Positions 26,459 through 35,537 of a DNA stretch of 64,000 nucleotides are shown here, piece after piece. Numbering within the stretch: position 1 is the stretch's first letter; each line of letters opens with the position of its first letter. This stretch comes from Candidatus Hadarchaeota archaeon (lineage in GTDB: Archaea > Hadarchaeota > Hadarchaeia > Hadarchaeales > Hadarchaeaceae), in assembly GCA_040755315.1 (NCBI GenBank), contig JBFMBF010000002.1, forward strand, positions 13,361 through 77,360, read 5' to 3'. Below the pieces are notes generated by a model that was not told the DNA's origin, ran no database searches, and saw nothing but the letters and a program-made list of their open reading frames with translations. A program made the position numbers and the translations under genes.

Positions 26459-27601
26459 CTACCACTTTTTTGGGTTTCCTCGATTCATTACAAGTCTTCC
26501 ATCAACGAGAATTTTTCCCTTCTTCATATCCTTGATCATGTCGAGGTGGCTTGAGGCCCTGTTTTTGCCGTGGTAAGCGCCCCTGTTGTTTCCAATCGCG
26601 ATGTGGATAGTGCCAAATATCTTTTCGTCGACTATTATGCTGCCGCCAGTGTACTCGGCCCCTTTGTTTGTACCTATCCCAAACTCTGCTATCCTGTCTT
26701 TATCACCAGTATTTGCCTTCAGAAAATCCGCCAAGTTTTTCTCGCCGCTCTCGGCGCTGTATTCCTGCAATCTTCCGTTTTTGAACACTAGCCCAAGTCC
26801 TTCGAGCTTGCCGAAGCCCGGGATGGAAACCTTATCAAACTTGATTGCGCCATTCGCCGAAGTTTCTATGGGCGCCAAGAAGACCTCCCCCGCAGGGATG
26901 TTGAGTCCAACGTCCCCCCTTCTAATGTCCTTTTCGGAAATCACTCCATCGTCTTTCAATATTGGCCGCCCACCAATCCTGAAGCTCAGGTCAGTGCCGT
27001 CATCCGCAACTATCCTCACTGCGTCCCCGCCCTTCAAGACCCTAGAGTAGACTCCGCAAAGTCTGGAGAGCTCGGGGCGGAAGGTCTGGTGTATACTGTT
27101 GAAAAATATCCGTCTGAAGCGCCCGACCGAGATCCCGTAGGCCTTGGATGCTCCAGGCACGGGCCACCCAAACAAAGCCCACCTTGTTTTTCTTCGGTCC
27201 ATTATATCCCGGATTTTCAGCCGGACAGATGCTCCAAGCCTGATTTTTGAAGCCAGTCCCTTGGCCCAGTTGGGGTCGTCCTCCTCCCCAATGAAAATGG
27301 ATACATCCGCCCGCCTGGCGACAGCTTCAGCAAATGGCCCCATCTCCTTCAGCGAGGCGTCGGGCTTCAGCAGGTAGCTCATCCGCTGTCTTTCAGAGGA
27401 ATAGCCCAAGAACAGAGTGTGTGCGCCAACCTTCCAGCATTCCTCCTCGACTTTCTGGGCAAACCTCTCGCAGCTGGGATCCGTCTTGTTGTAGACTATC
27501 CTGACGGCCTCGTAGCGATTCATTTTTTTGCCTATCTTCATCGAGTGTCTGACAAATTTCGTCGCAATATTTTTCATCTCATTCTTGGACAGTTCTGGCA
27601 T
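26459..27601 (-). CDS. M29-family aminopeptidase (AmpS/PepS-like)
   Basis: 380 aa. The C-terminal 'GTNKGAEYTGGSIIVDEKIFGTIHIAIGNN ... SSHLDMI' is typical of thermophilic M29 aminopeptidases. Confidence 0.8.
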   Translation of the reverse strand: MPELSKNEMKNIATKFVRHSMKIGKKMNRYEAVRIVYNKTDPSCERFAQKVEEECWKVGAHTLFLGYSSERQRMSYLLKPDASLKEMGPFAEAVARRADVSIFIGEEDDPNWAKGLASKIRLGASVRLKIRDIMDRRKTRWALFGWPVPGASKAYGISVGRFRRIFFNSIHQTFRPELSRLCGVYSRVLKGGDAVRIVADDGTDLSFRIGGRPILKDDGVISEKDIRRGDVGLNIPAGEVFLAPIETSANGAIKFDKVSIPGFGKLEGLGLVFKNGRLQEYSAESGEKNLADFLKANTGDKDRIAEFGIGTNKGAEYTGGSIIVDEKIFGTIHIAIGNNRGAYHGKNRASSHLDMIKDMKKGKILVDGRLVMNRGNPKKW

Positions 27602-27704
27602 CCCGACACAATTTTTCTTCCTAGTGCTGCTTTTTGAGACTTCTGGTATAAAGCCACAGCCCTAGGTTTTCGCAACAGCTTTTTGCCCAGCCTTCCACCA
27701 AAAT

Positions 27705-28504
27705 TTGATGAAAAGAGTCTGCCTGGCGCTATGTGTGTCCCTGCCCCTAACTACCACAAAGGGCGCCCAAGCCTGGAACGGAAAGACCCACCAGGACATT
27801 GCTGAGGCCGCCCACCAAAAGCTTCCGGATAACCTCCGGCTTCTTTTGAGTTATACTACGGTTCGGGATGGGGCGGTTTGGCTGGACAGGTACCGCACGA
27901 CGCCAGACCCATACGGCCGGACATTCCCAAGTTCTGGTCACATCCAGCTGGCATCAAGGGCCCAAGCCGAAAACTGGCTTGGACAAGTTGAGAACCGCTA
28001 CTTGGAAAATGACTTGATAACGCCGCCCTCGCTCTGGGCATAGCCGCCCACTACATCTCAGATTCCGTCGTGCTGGTGCACAACATAGAATGGACAAACC
28101 TGCACGAGGTGTATGAGACGCAAGGGGAGCAGTTCTACCCGGCGGAACCCTGGGGGGTTGCGGGCTTCAATCTTGAACAAAAACTGGCTGACTACTACAG
28201 CGGGGCATCAGCCAAGTGGCAGAGCTGGCAGAGTACCCGCGACCCAAAAATAGTTAGTGAAGGCGTGGATTTGGCGGCATCTTACACGTACAATGCATGG
28301 GGTCAAGCTCTCGGCGTTAGTCTCCCTGTGCAACCAGCACAAGAGATCCAACCGGGACAGTTGGGTCAGCCGATAAATTTGGAGCTGGCGGCGGCCGCAG
28401 CCATTATCATTTTAATTGTAACAGCCGCCTTCGGCTTCAAACATTACCGCTCTGGCAAAGCTAGCGGATGTAGCTCAGTTCCTCTTCAACATCAGGTGCC
28501 CTGA
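27705..28504 (+). pseudogene. Zn-dependent phospholipase C / P1-nuclease-fold protein, disrupted by one frameshift
   Basis: A signal peptide is followed by a mature-like N-terminus 'AWNGKTHQDIAEAA' in frame 0, which stops at 28041. The conserved 'LALGIAAHYISDSVVLVHN' motif continues in another frame that is open from 28013. The shift falls at about 28010-28020. The C-terminus has a TM anchor. Confidence 0.6.
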
Positions 28505-29195
28505 TTTCCGGAGGTTTCATTTTAGAGGCCACCGCAGCGTGCATTTCCAGGTCGCTGGTATCCACCTTGAAGTCAAATATGGACGCCATCGCCTGCACCA
28601 CTTCTGCAGAAGCTTTTGGGTCGACAATCCCACCGTCAGTTACACTCAAAAGACAAAAACCGTCCATCCCCCGCAAGGCTGCAAAGCCGGGAAGCATCCC
28701 GTTCATCCCCACGATCATCCCATTTGTCAGGATTTCGACTCCTTTTTTTCTCAAAAGTTCAACTATCTTTTGGTTTGATGCAGCGCCCAGAACAGACTTT
28801 TTTCTTGTTTCTTCGGGTGAGATGACATAAGCAGCCATTGTTGCAACCGTTTTTATCCCATGCTCCTCAGCCAGCCCAAGAATTTCTTCCGTGAGCATGT
28901 ACTGGCCTTTAGGAGTGGCAGCTTGGGCGTCAGCGGTCATTATGACAAGGTCATTTTTCGTCCCCTCCGGTCTTGTGTGGAAAAACTCCATTTTCATAGC
29001 CCTGATTCCCCCCTTGTCTGGAAGCGCCCACTCGGGGAAGTGCTCGGATGTCAGTTCCAAGAATTTCTGCGCCCCCAAGTCATGGATGAGGAACTCTGCA
29101 GCCACCTTCCCAACGTTGGCTATCCCCGGAAGGCCCGCCACCATTGCCGGGTTTTTAAGTTTCGGCTTGCCCAAATAGTTCAGGTTTATCGGCAT
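28461..29195 (-). CDS. PAC2-family proteasome assembly chaperone-like protein (COG1938)
   Basis: 244 aa. 'LKNPAMVAGLPGIANVGKVAAEFLI' and the overall pattern match archaeal PAC2/PbaA-B-type proteins. Confidence 0.7.
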   Translation of the reverse strand: MPINLNYLGKPKLKNPAMVAGLPGIANVGKVAAEFLIHDLGAQKFLELTSEHFPEWALPDKGGIRAMKMEFFHTRPEGTKNDLVIMTADAQAATPKGQYMLTEEILGLAEEHGIKTVATMAAYVISPEETRKKSVLGAASNQKIVELLRKKGVEILTNGMIVGMNGMLPGFAALRGMDGFCLLSVTDGGIVDPKASAEVVQAMASIFDFKVDTSDLEMHAAVASKMKPPEIRAPDVEEELSYIR

Positions 29196-29251
29196 CGTTT
29201 AGGAGTGGATTCGCCTGAATTTAAGGGTGCGCGAGAAGTGTTTTTGGTAAG

Positions 29252-30262
29252 ATGGAGGCAGTTCCGGTAGGAGGCGGGGAGATCAGGGTCATGCCACTGG
29301 CGTTCGAGAGCTTCGGCGCAAGGAGCATGGCTACCTTTGTCGAGACGGACGATGTAAACATACTTGTGGACCCCGGGGCAGCTCTTGGCCAGAGGTTCAG
29401 CCTAGCCCCACACCCAAAGGAATACCTTGCCTTGGTCAGGGCGAAGCAGAGAATACAGGAAGCTGGGCGCAGGGCGGATGTTATCACGGTGAGCCACTAT
29501 CACTTTGACCACTACACGCCAAACTTTGAGGATTGGGGGCTGATATGGAGCTCTCCAGAGATGGCCGAAAGGTTGTACAGGGGGAAGATGATCCTCGCGA
29601 AGGACAACTCTTCAAGAATAAATCCGAGCCAGAGAAAGAGAGGCTACATGTTTTGGAAGCTGAACTCTGAGATCGCAGACATAAAATCCGCGGACGGGCA
29701 AAAATTCGAGTTCGGGCGGACAAGGTTGGAGTTCTCCAGGCCAGTTTCACACGGCCCGGAAGGCGCCGAAATAGGTTATGTATTGATGTTGACCGTGAAA
29801 ATGGGCGGTGTGACATTTGTCCACACCTCGGATGTACAAGGTCCCATAGAGAGGGAGACTTTGCAGCTGATTTTGAATGAGAATCCCAACGCCGTCATCA
29901 TAGGCGGCCCCCCTCTGTATTTGCAAGGGTTCAGGGTTGAGCTTGGAGACATGGTCAGGGCGCTTGAAAACATAAAAGAACTCGTAAAGCGGGTTCAGCT
30001 CGTGGTAATTGATCATCATCTCTTGAGGTCTCTAGACTATCTGGATTTCCTGAAGCCAGCGGCAGCGGAAGCTGAGAAAAAAGGGCACAAAATCATCACA
30101 GCATCAGAGCTGGTCGGCCAGGAACCGCAGTTACTTGAGGCTCGCCGGAGAGAGTTGCACTCCAAGGAACCGGTCGAGCGCGGCTGGTACAGCCGTTTGG
30201 AAAAAGGGGAGTTCAAAGACGGGCTTCAGCTCACATCCGCTCAGGGGCGACCATCCCCATGA
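29252..30262 (+). CDS. Metallo-beta-lactamase-fold hydrolase (UPF0282-like)
   Basis: 336 aa. It has the 'VSHYHFDHY' metal motif and a later 'HTSD'. A conserved archaeal family of unknown function is suspected. Confidence 0.7.
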   Translation: MEAVPVGGGEIRVMPLAFESFGARSMATFVETDDVNILVDPGAALGQRFSLAPHPKEYLALVRAKQRIQEAGRRADVITVSHYHFDHYTPNFEDWGLIWSSPEMAERLYRGKMILAKDNSSRINPSQRKRGYMFWKLNSEIADIKSADGQKFEFGRTRLEFSRPVSHGPEGAEIGYVLMLTVKMGGVTFVHTSDVQGPIERETLQLILNENPNAVIIGGPPLYLQGFRVELGDMVRALENIKELVKRVQLVVIDHHLLRSLDYLDFLKPAAAEAEKKGHKIITASELVGQEPQLLEARRRELHSKEPVERGWYSRLEKGEFKDGLQLTSAQGRPSP

Positions 30263-32102
30263 TTTCAAGGGCGTTGCGCAAAACCTGCCGGACGCAGTTC
30301 ACCAGCCTTAGCCTCGCAGCCTTCAACTCAGGTGTTTCCGCCTCAATCACCGGGGCAGCCTCGTAAAACGTGTTGAACGCGAGCGCCAGCTCCGAGGCGT
30401 AAAGAGCGAGCAAGTGCGGTTGAAGGCCATCCCCGGCATTTTTTACAACTTCCGGGAACCTTGAAAGGAGCTTGAGCAACCGCTGCTCCTGCGGCAGCTT
30501 GAATATTTCGTCCGGGTGCTTCCCCCCCTTCTTCTTTGACTTTCGAAGTATGCTGCATGCCCTGGCGTGCGAGTATTGTATTGCCGGCCCGCTGTTCCGG
30601 TCGAAGTTCAAGGCATCCTCCCACTTGAAGACTATTTTCTTCTCAGGGGAGGTGCTCAGCATGGAGTACCTCACGGCCCCCACCCCAACAAACTCAGCCG
30701 CCTTTTTCCAGAAATCCGCCCCCTCCTTTGGCGCGTGTTCCTTCACGACTACCATGGCCCTGGCCACGGCTTCCTCCAGCACATCGTCGACAGAGAATCC
30801 GACCCAAGTTCCTTTCCTTCCAGAGAACCTGCCGCTCGGGAGCCATACATGCTCGTAGGCGAGATGGTGCGAGTTCTTTTGTGCCTCCTCAAGACCGAGG
30901 GCCCTGAGGGCAGCGAACACAACCTTTTGAGGAAACCTCTGCTCCGCCCCGACAACATTCACTACAATATCCGCGCGGCCAAAGTCGATTGCAGTTCCTC
31001 CCCTATGAGTGGTTGCGTAAGTTTTGCGGCCATCTGCCCGACGCGAGTGAAGTTTGAATTTAAGCCCTTTTCCAGCCTTCCCGAGCTTCCAGAGCTGATA
31101 AGCTATGTCTCGGGCAGTGTAAACCGCGGTGCCGTCAGAACGGACAAGGACTTTGTCTTCCACACCGAAGTCGTCCAGCTTCAGGACGAGCGTCCCGGCC
31201 CTTTCATCGGTTCCTTCCACCAGCCGCCCGGCTTTTTTTAACTTCTCAAGAGCCTCTTCTAGAACCCCCGCTCGCACGATGTCGCTTTCCCATGCGAGAA
31301 GGTCGTAGGTTATTCCCAGCCTGTCAGTGGTCTCGAGGTTGGCTTTCACGCAGCGCTCAGCCAGATTTTTGGCCGTCATAACATCCTTCCCCTTTCCCTG
31401 CTCCAGCTCTGCCAGAATCTTCTTCACTTTTTTATCGAGCGCAGGCTCTGTTTCCAAACGCCTGTGCATCTCAGCGTAGATTAAGCCAAGCATGTGGTCA
31501 AACTTGGCCTTGGGTTTCCGCTTTGCAAGTCTGTGTGCGAGCAGGGCCTCCGCGACCTGCCTACCCATGTCATCGATGTAGTTATGAGTTTCCACCCTGT
31601 GTCCGGTTGCCTGCAGAATTCTGGCCATGGTGTCGCCGAGAACAGCGTTTCTGCCGTGGCCTATGTGGAGCGGCTTTGTGGGGTTGATGCTAGTGTGCTC
31701 GACCACGACTTTTTTATCTTTGGTTTTTACATGTCCGTAGTCTTCCTCCGCCTGTTCGATTGACTGCAGCGTTAGTTTCGTCAGTTTGGGCATGTCAACA
31801 AAAAAGTTCAAGTAGTGCCCGGTTACTTCCACCCTTGAAATCAAGCCAGTTGGTTTTATCACCTTGGAGATTTCTGTGGCTATCCAGAGCGGCGACTTGT
31901 GCAGCGATTTCGCCAGCTCAAAACAAATTGTAGACGCGAGGTCTCCAAGCTTTTGGTCAGGCGGTTCTTCAACAGTAGTCTGCACGGGCACAGGTGACTT
32001 CCACTTTATTTCTGAGATGGCCAGCTCCAGGGACCTGCACACGTCTTCCTTGAAGATCCACCATGGATCAGTAGACATTTGCATCAATCCTCCCTTGAAC
32101 AT
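30231..32102 (-). CDS. argS: Arginine--tRNA ligase
   Basis: 623 aa. It has the class I 'PLHIGHGRN' motif, an anticodon-binding DALR-type C-terminus, and the typical terminal '...APERM'. Confidence 0.9.
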   Translation of the reverse strand: MFKGGLMQMSTDPWWIFKEDVCRSLELAISEIKWKSPVPVQTTVEEPPDQKLGDLASTICFELAKSLHKSPLWIATEISKVIKPTGLISRVEVTGHYLNFFVDMPKLTKLTLQSIEQAEEDYGHVKTKDKKVVVEHTSINPTKPLHIGHGRNAVLGDTMARILQATGHRVETHNYIDDMGRQVAEALLAHRLAKRKPKAKFDHMLGLIYAEMHRRLETEPALDKKVKKILAELEQGKGKDVMTAKNLAERCVKANLETTDRLGITYDLLAWESDIVRAGVLEEALEKLKKAGRLVEGTDERAGTLVLKLDDFGVEDKVLVRSDGTAVYTARDIAYQLWKLGKAGKGLKFKLHSRRADGRKTYATTHRGGTAIDFGRADIVVNVVGAEQRFPQKVVFAALRALGLEEAQKNSHHLAYEHVWLPSGRFSGRKGTWVGFSVDDVLEEAVARAMVVVKEHAPKEGADFWKKAAEFVGVGAVRYSMLSTSPEKKIVFKWEDALNFDRNSGPAIQYSHARACSILRKSKKKGGKHPDEIFKLPQEQRLLKLLSRFPEVVKNAGDGLQPHLLALYASELALAFNTFYEAAPVIEAETPELKAARLRLVNCVRQVLRNALEIMGMVAPERM

Positions 32103-32150
32103 CTCCCAATAAGGGTTTCACTGTTTTGGCGATGCTAGATTCTGGCGCAA

Positions 32151-33272
32151 CTAAGCGCGTCTACGAATTACAAAAGCGGCCGAAGCCACAATCGCCACGG
32201 CGACAACGGCAACAATAACCAACGGGAGTATGCTGGTCCCACTTGTACCAAGCCCAGATATCGCGCTGGTCGCAGCCTCTCTGCTCATCGGCGAAGCCGT
32301 GAAAAGCGTCTGATCGCTTTGCGCGCTTGAAAGCCCGTAGGTGTAGCCTGATGACCCTGTTGACGCCTTTGAAAGCCCGCCCATGGCGTCAGTGAACGAA
32401 AGCTCTTGGGAGACCACAAAGCGCTTGTCCGGAGAGTAGTACATAACCCCAGCAGGCAGGAATATGTTTGAGCCGGAAAAATCAGCCCCCGTGTAAACTA
32501 TTTTGTACGCGGTTGTGGAGCTACCGTCCGCCAGCGCGATGTTGCTGGTGTTTGGGCAGCTTGCAGATATTGACAGGTTCACGGTTGAATCCAGATTTTG
32601 GTTTATAGGAATTTCTCCAAATCCAGGCATGCTCACCTTGCCGCTGATTGCCCCTGTTATTGTAGCTGTGGAGTTTATGGCCCAGTTGTCCCCAACTGAA
32701 ATCGGGAAGTCAAATAGATCCAACGCCGGGGAGAACGTCACGCTAATGTTTCCAGAAACGTCCATTGTCATGTTCAAGTTCCCAAGCGTGCCAGCGTTTC
32801 CAGACATCGTCATGTTCAAGTCCATAGTTCCGTCATACTTTGAAAGTCGCATATCGTCCTTTGTGAAGTACATCATCCCGTTCATCTTCAGCGTCATCAC
32901 CAAGTGCACTGTAGCGGCCATCTGTTGTCCGGAGTACGCGCCGCTGATGGTAACATCAGAAGTCATCTCGACCCCCTGGTTTGCCGCGAGGTTGTAGAAT
33001 TGGCTGTCTTGCCCCGTGACCTCAAACATCTCGTAGAAGCTCATTTCTCCCGTCATGTTCAGTGTCATGCCGGACAAATACTGTTGCATGTTTTCCACCA
33101 AAGCGTCCATTATCGACGTCAAGTCGATGTCTGCGGCGCCCATTGCCCAGCTGTCCCCCACGCTCCATGTCGGCACCCCCGCCTGAGGCGCGACCACCTG
33201 AGCGGCGGCCGTCATTAAAAAGGCAGCACAGGCCAAGCTCAGAATAGCCTTGCAGTTCAAGTTTTGCCCCAA
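32151..33272 (-). CDS. Secreted Met/Ser/Thr-rich protein with C-terminal TM anchor (hypothetical)
   Basis: 373 aa. It has a signal-like N-terminus (AILSLACAAFLMTAAAQVVAP), repeated VGD[SN]W motifs, and a C-terminal 'LPLVIVAVVAVAIVASAAFVIRRRA'. Confidence 0.55.
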   Translation of the reverse strand: MGQNLNCKAILSLACAAFLMTAAAQVVAPQAGVPTWSVGDSWAMGAADIDLTSIMDALVENMQQYLSGMTLNMTGEMSFYEMFEVTGQDSQFYNLAANQGVEMTSDVTISGAYSGQQMAATVHLVMTLKMNGMMYFTKDDMRLSKYDGTMDLNMTMSGNAGTLGNLNMTMDVSGNISVTFSPALDLFDFPISVGDNWAINSTATITGAISGKVSMPGFGEIPINQNLDSTVNLSISASCPNTSNIALADGSSTTAYKIVYTGADFSGSNIFLPAGVMYYSPDKRFVVSQELSFTDAMGGLSKASTGSSGYTYGLSSAQSDQTLFTASPMSREAATSAISGLGTSGTSILPLVIVAVVAVAIVASAAFVIRRRA

Positions 33273-33337
33273 TTTTATTATGACAGTATAGCTTAAAAGT
33301 TGACACCTGACAACCTGAAGCTGGAGTTGTCTGCCGA

Positions 33338-33814
33338 TTATCCGCCAGGAATTTGATCGATAGAGTTTATGACAACTTCTCCGTCGTAAAGAAGCCCCGC
33401 CCGCACGCTTGTTATCCTCACCTGCAGGATGCTTCCAATGGCAAGGTCTCCCTCTCGAAGCTGAACCTCGGCGTACGCCCAGTCGCTCTGTCTGAACCTC
33501 TCCGGGTTCTCAAAGGTCCAGCCGTAAAACTCGTTCTCTATCAACCTAGTCGGATGAGAGGCCCACCCCCTGATCTCATCGGTTGTTGGTTTGGTCAAGT
33601 CAAATCTTATAGTCTCCCCTCCAACATGCTGGATGTGAAATCTTGCTATGTTTTCAGTTATCAGCCCCGCGTATACTGCTATCTCGACATATCTGGGTCT
33701 GAAAGGGGAGTAATATCCGCTCAACCAGGTGGCAACTGGTACAGCAGCTGCGACGGTGATTGCGACGAGGAGAACAGTAGCTATAATCGGAGATATCCCT
33801 CGCCTTTCCATCAT
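33338..33814 (-). CDS. Archaeal type IV pilin-like protein (class III signal peptide, Pilin_N/DUF1628-like)
   Basis: 'MMERRG/ISPIIATVLLVAITVAAAV' is a canonical prepilin-peptidase-type N-terminus. The protein is 158 aa, and its ATGA overlaps the upstream KaiC-like gene. Confidence 0.65.
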   Translation of the reverse strand: MMERRGISPIIATVLLVAITVAAAVPVATWLSGYYSPFRPRYVEIAVYAGLITENIARFHIQHVGGETIRFDLTKPTTDEIRGWASHPTRLIENEFYGWTFENPERFRQSDWAYAEVQLREGDLAIGSILQVRITSVRAGLLYDGEVVINSIDQIPGG

Positions 33815-34710
33815 CTCAACCCCTCAATTAGCTCCGCGCGCGCGACCTCGAAACCGGCAGTTGGGGTTATGGTTACTTCAAACTTCACCACGGCTGCGCC
33901 GTCAAGCCTCGGAAGCAAGCCACGGAACTTCTCGAAATACATTATCCTGCGCCTTCTGGTGGGCCCGGCGGCTTCCCACTTGAAGGTGACGGAGCCGTCC
34001 ACACAGGCGGAGATTTCCTCTTCCCTGCGCTCTTCCAGGAGTTTTGCAGTCATGGGGAGGTAGATGATGCCGTCCCACCTTTTGGCCGCCCTCTGGAGCC
34101 CCCTGAGAAACAGCGTGAAATCGTACCACCTAGTCTCGGAGTCAGAATACAGCCTCGCCAAGTCACTAAGGGTGTAAAGCACTATGGCGTTGTTTGGGGC
34201 ATTAACCGTCAGAAATTCCGCAAGAGACTCAAGCATTGTTTTGGGCTTTATCGCCGGTGCAGCCGCCGTGCGGTGGAGGGTTGCGAAGGCATGTGTCAGC
34301 CCGTGCAGCTTCTCTTTTTCTACTTCCTCTTTTGCCTTGCCCGACACCCATTCGCTGGGAATAGGGGAAGTCCTGAAGTAGTCCTCCGAGAAGTCTCTGA
34401 ACTTGACGTTGTCTCTGAAAAGGGAGTAAAGGTCCTGTTCAAAGCTCATCATGACTTCTTGCCGAATGTCATCTGGCGCACGGGTGAACGTCGTCCACCA
34501 GACATCCCCAGCAGCTGTCGTTGTCGGCTCAGCCGCCTTTATCATCCCCTTTTTCATCGCGTAGGTCATTATGGAAGAGGTCATCAAAAACTCCTTGTGG
34601 CCGGCACCTATCTCAGACTTCAGCAGAACAAGGGATCCTGCCGGAAATCCGCCGCCTATGAGGGAATCCAGAGATAGGACTCCAGTTGGGATTGTCTTCA
34701 TTGAGTACAA
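33811..34710 (-). CDS. KaiC/RecA-superfamily protein with a degenerate P-loop
   Basis: 'IPTGVLSLDSLIGGGFPAGSLVLLKSEIGAGHKEFL' aligns with the KaiC/FlaH-type N-terminus, but Walker A reads GAGHKE rather than GxGK[ST]. The C-terminal 'IMYFEKFRG ... FEVTITPTAGFEV' is KaiC-like. Confidence 0.6.
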   Translation of the reverse strand: MYSMKTIPTGVLSLDSLIGGGFPAGSLVLLKSEIGAGHKEFLMTSSIMTYAMKKGMIKAAEPTTTAAGDVWWTTFTRAPDDIRQEVMMSFEQDLYSLFRDNVKFRDFSEDYFRTSPIPSEWVSGKAKEEVEKEKLHGLTHAFATLHRTAAAPAIKPKTMLESLAEFLTVNAPNNAIVLYTLSDLARLYSDSETRWYDFTLFLRGLQRAAKRWDGIIYLPMTAKLLEERREEEISACVDGSVTFKWEAAGPTRRRRIMYFEKFRGLLPRLDGAAVVKFEVTITPTAGFEVARAELIEGLR

Positions 34711-34737
34711 AAAATAATCTGGCTGGGACTATTAATC

Positions 34738-35460
34738 TTATGCGCCAAGCCTTTCCGCCAAGCTGCGGATGGACCTGGTGACGGGGCTTTTTGGTTTGTA
34801 AAATATCGCCGGCCGCCCCACGGTGGCAGCCTCCATCACGGACACATCTTCAGGTATCCCCACAAGTATTTTCGACTTGAGCCGCGCCTGGATGTGGGCC
34901 CGGCCCATCAGCTTGAGCTTTTTGAAGAATGTCGGCTTCCGCACACGGTTTACCGCAACCCCCAGTATTTTCAGCCCCATCGCTTGTCCCACCTCCTCCA
35001 GTTTTGCCGCAGCTTCAACGGCGGAGGGGTCCTGTGTCGTGACGGAGATTATGTCATCAGCCAGCTTAAGTGGGGTGAGGCTGTATTTGTTCAAGCCGGG
35101 GGGAGTATCCATAATAACATAGTCAAAACTGGGCTTCAGCCCCAATATGATGTCAGGCAGCTTCGCAGGGTTTGCTCGGACAAAACTCCCGACGGCGTGG
35201 CCTGACGGAAGAACCCAAACACCGTAGGCTTCGTAAATGCTTTTTTCTGGATCCCCCCTGCCAGACATCAGGTCATGCAGGTTGGGGTCGCGGTCTGTCA
35301 TCCCGAGGAGGGTGCTCAAGCCAGCCATGGCGATATCGGCGTCCACAATCAGAACCTTCCGTCCAAGCCTGCCCAGCATTATGCCTAGATTTTCCGCTAT
35401 GGTGGTCTTGCCGACACCACCCTTGATCGAGGCTATCGTGACCACTCGTCCCATAATCAC
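34738..35460 (-). CDS. minD: MinD/ParA-family P-loop ATPase
   Basis: 240 aa with the deviant Walker A 'SIKGGVGKTTIAENL' and 'LIVDADIAMAGL'. Confidence 0.85.
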   Translation of the reverse strand: MIMGRVVTIASIKGGVGKTTIAENLGIMLGRLGRKVLIVDADIAMAGLSTLLGMTDRDPNLHDLMSGRGDPEKSIYEAYGVWVLPSGHAVGSFVRANPAKLPDIILGLKPSFDYVIMDTPPGLNKYSLTPLKLADDIISVTTQDPSAVEAAAKLEEVGQAMGLKILGVAVNRVRKPTFFKKLKLMGRAHIQARLKSKILVGIPEDVSVMEAATVGRPAIFYKPKSPVTRSIRSLAERLGA

Positions 35461-35492
35461 ACCCGACTGACATTTAGGCTGGGGTTCTGAGG

Positions 35493-35500
35493 CTATATAA
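35493..35500 (+). promoter_or_regulatory. TATA box (CTATATAA)
   Basis: It lies about 26 nt upstream of position 35522. It is followed by GGAGGT (35525..35530) and ATG 35538. Confidence 0.45.
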
Positions 35501-35537
35501 CTGTAGCGCGGCGAGGAATGTTTTGGAGGTTGAAATA

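Noticed and set aside
28461-28475. Possible HbYX proteasome-docking motif at the C-terminus of the PAC2-like protein (...EELSYIR).
   Set aside because: HbYX requires Tyr at the penultimate position. Here Tyr is third from the end, so the motif is not satisfied as read.
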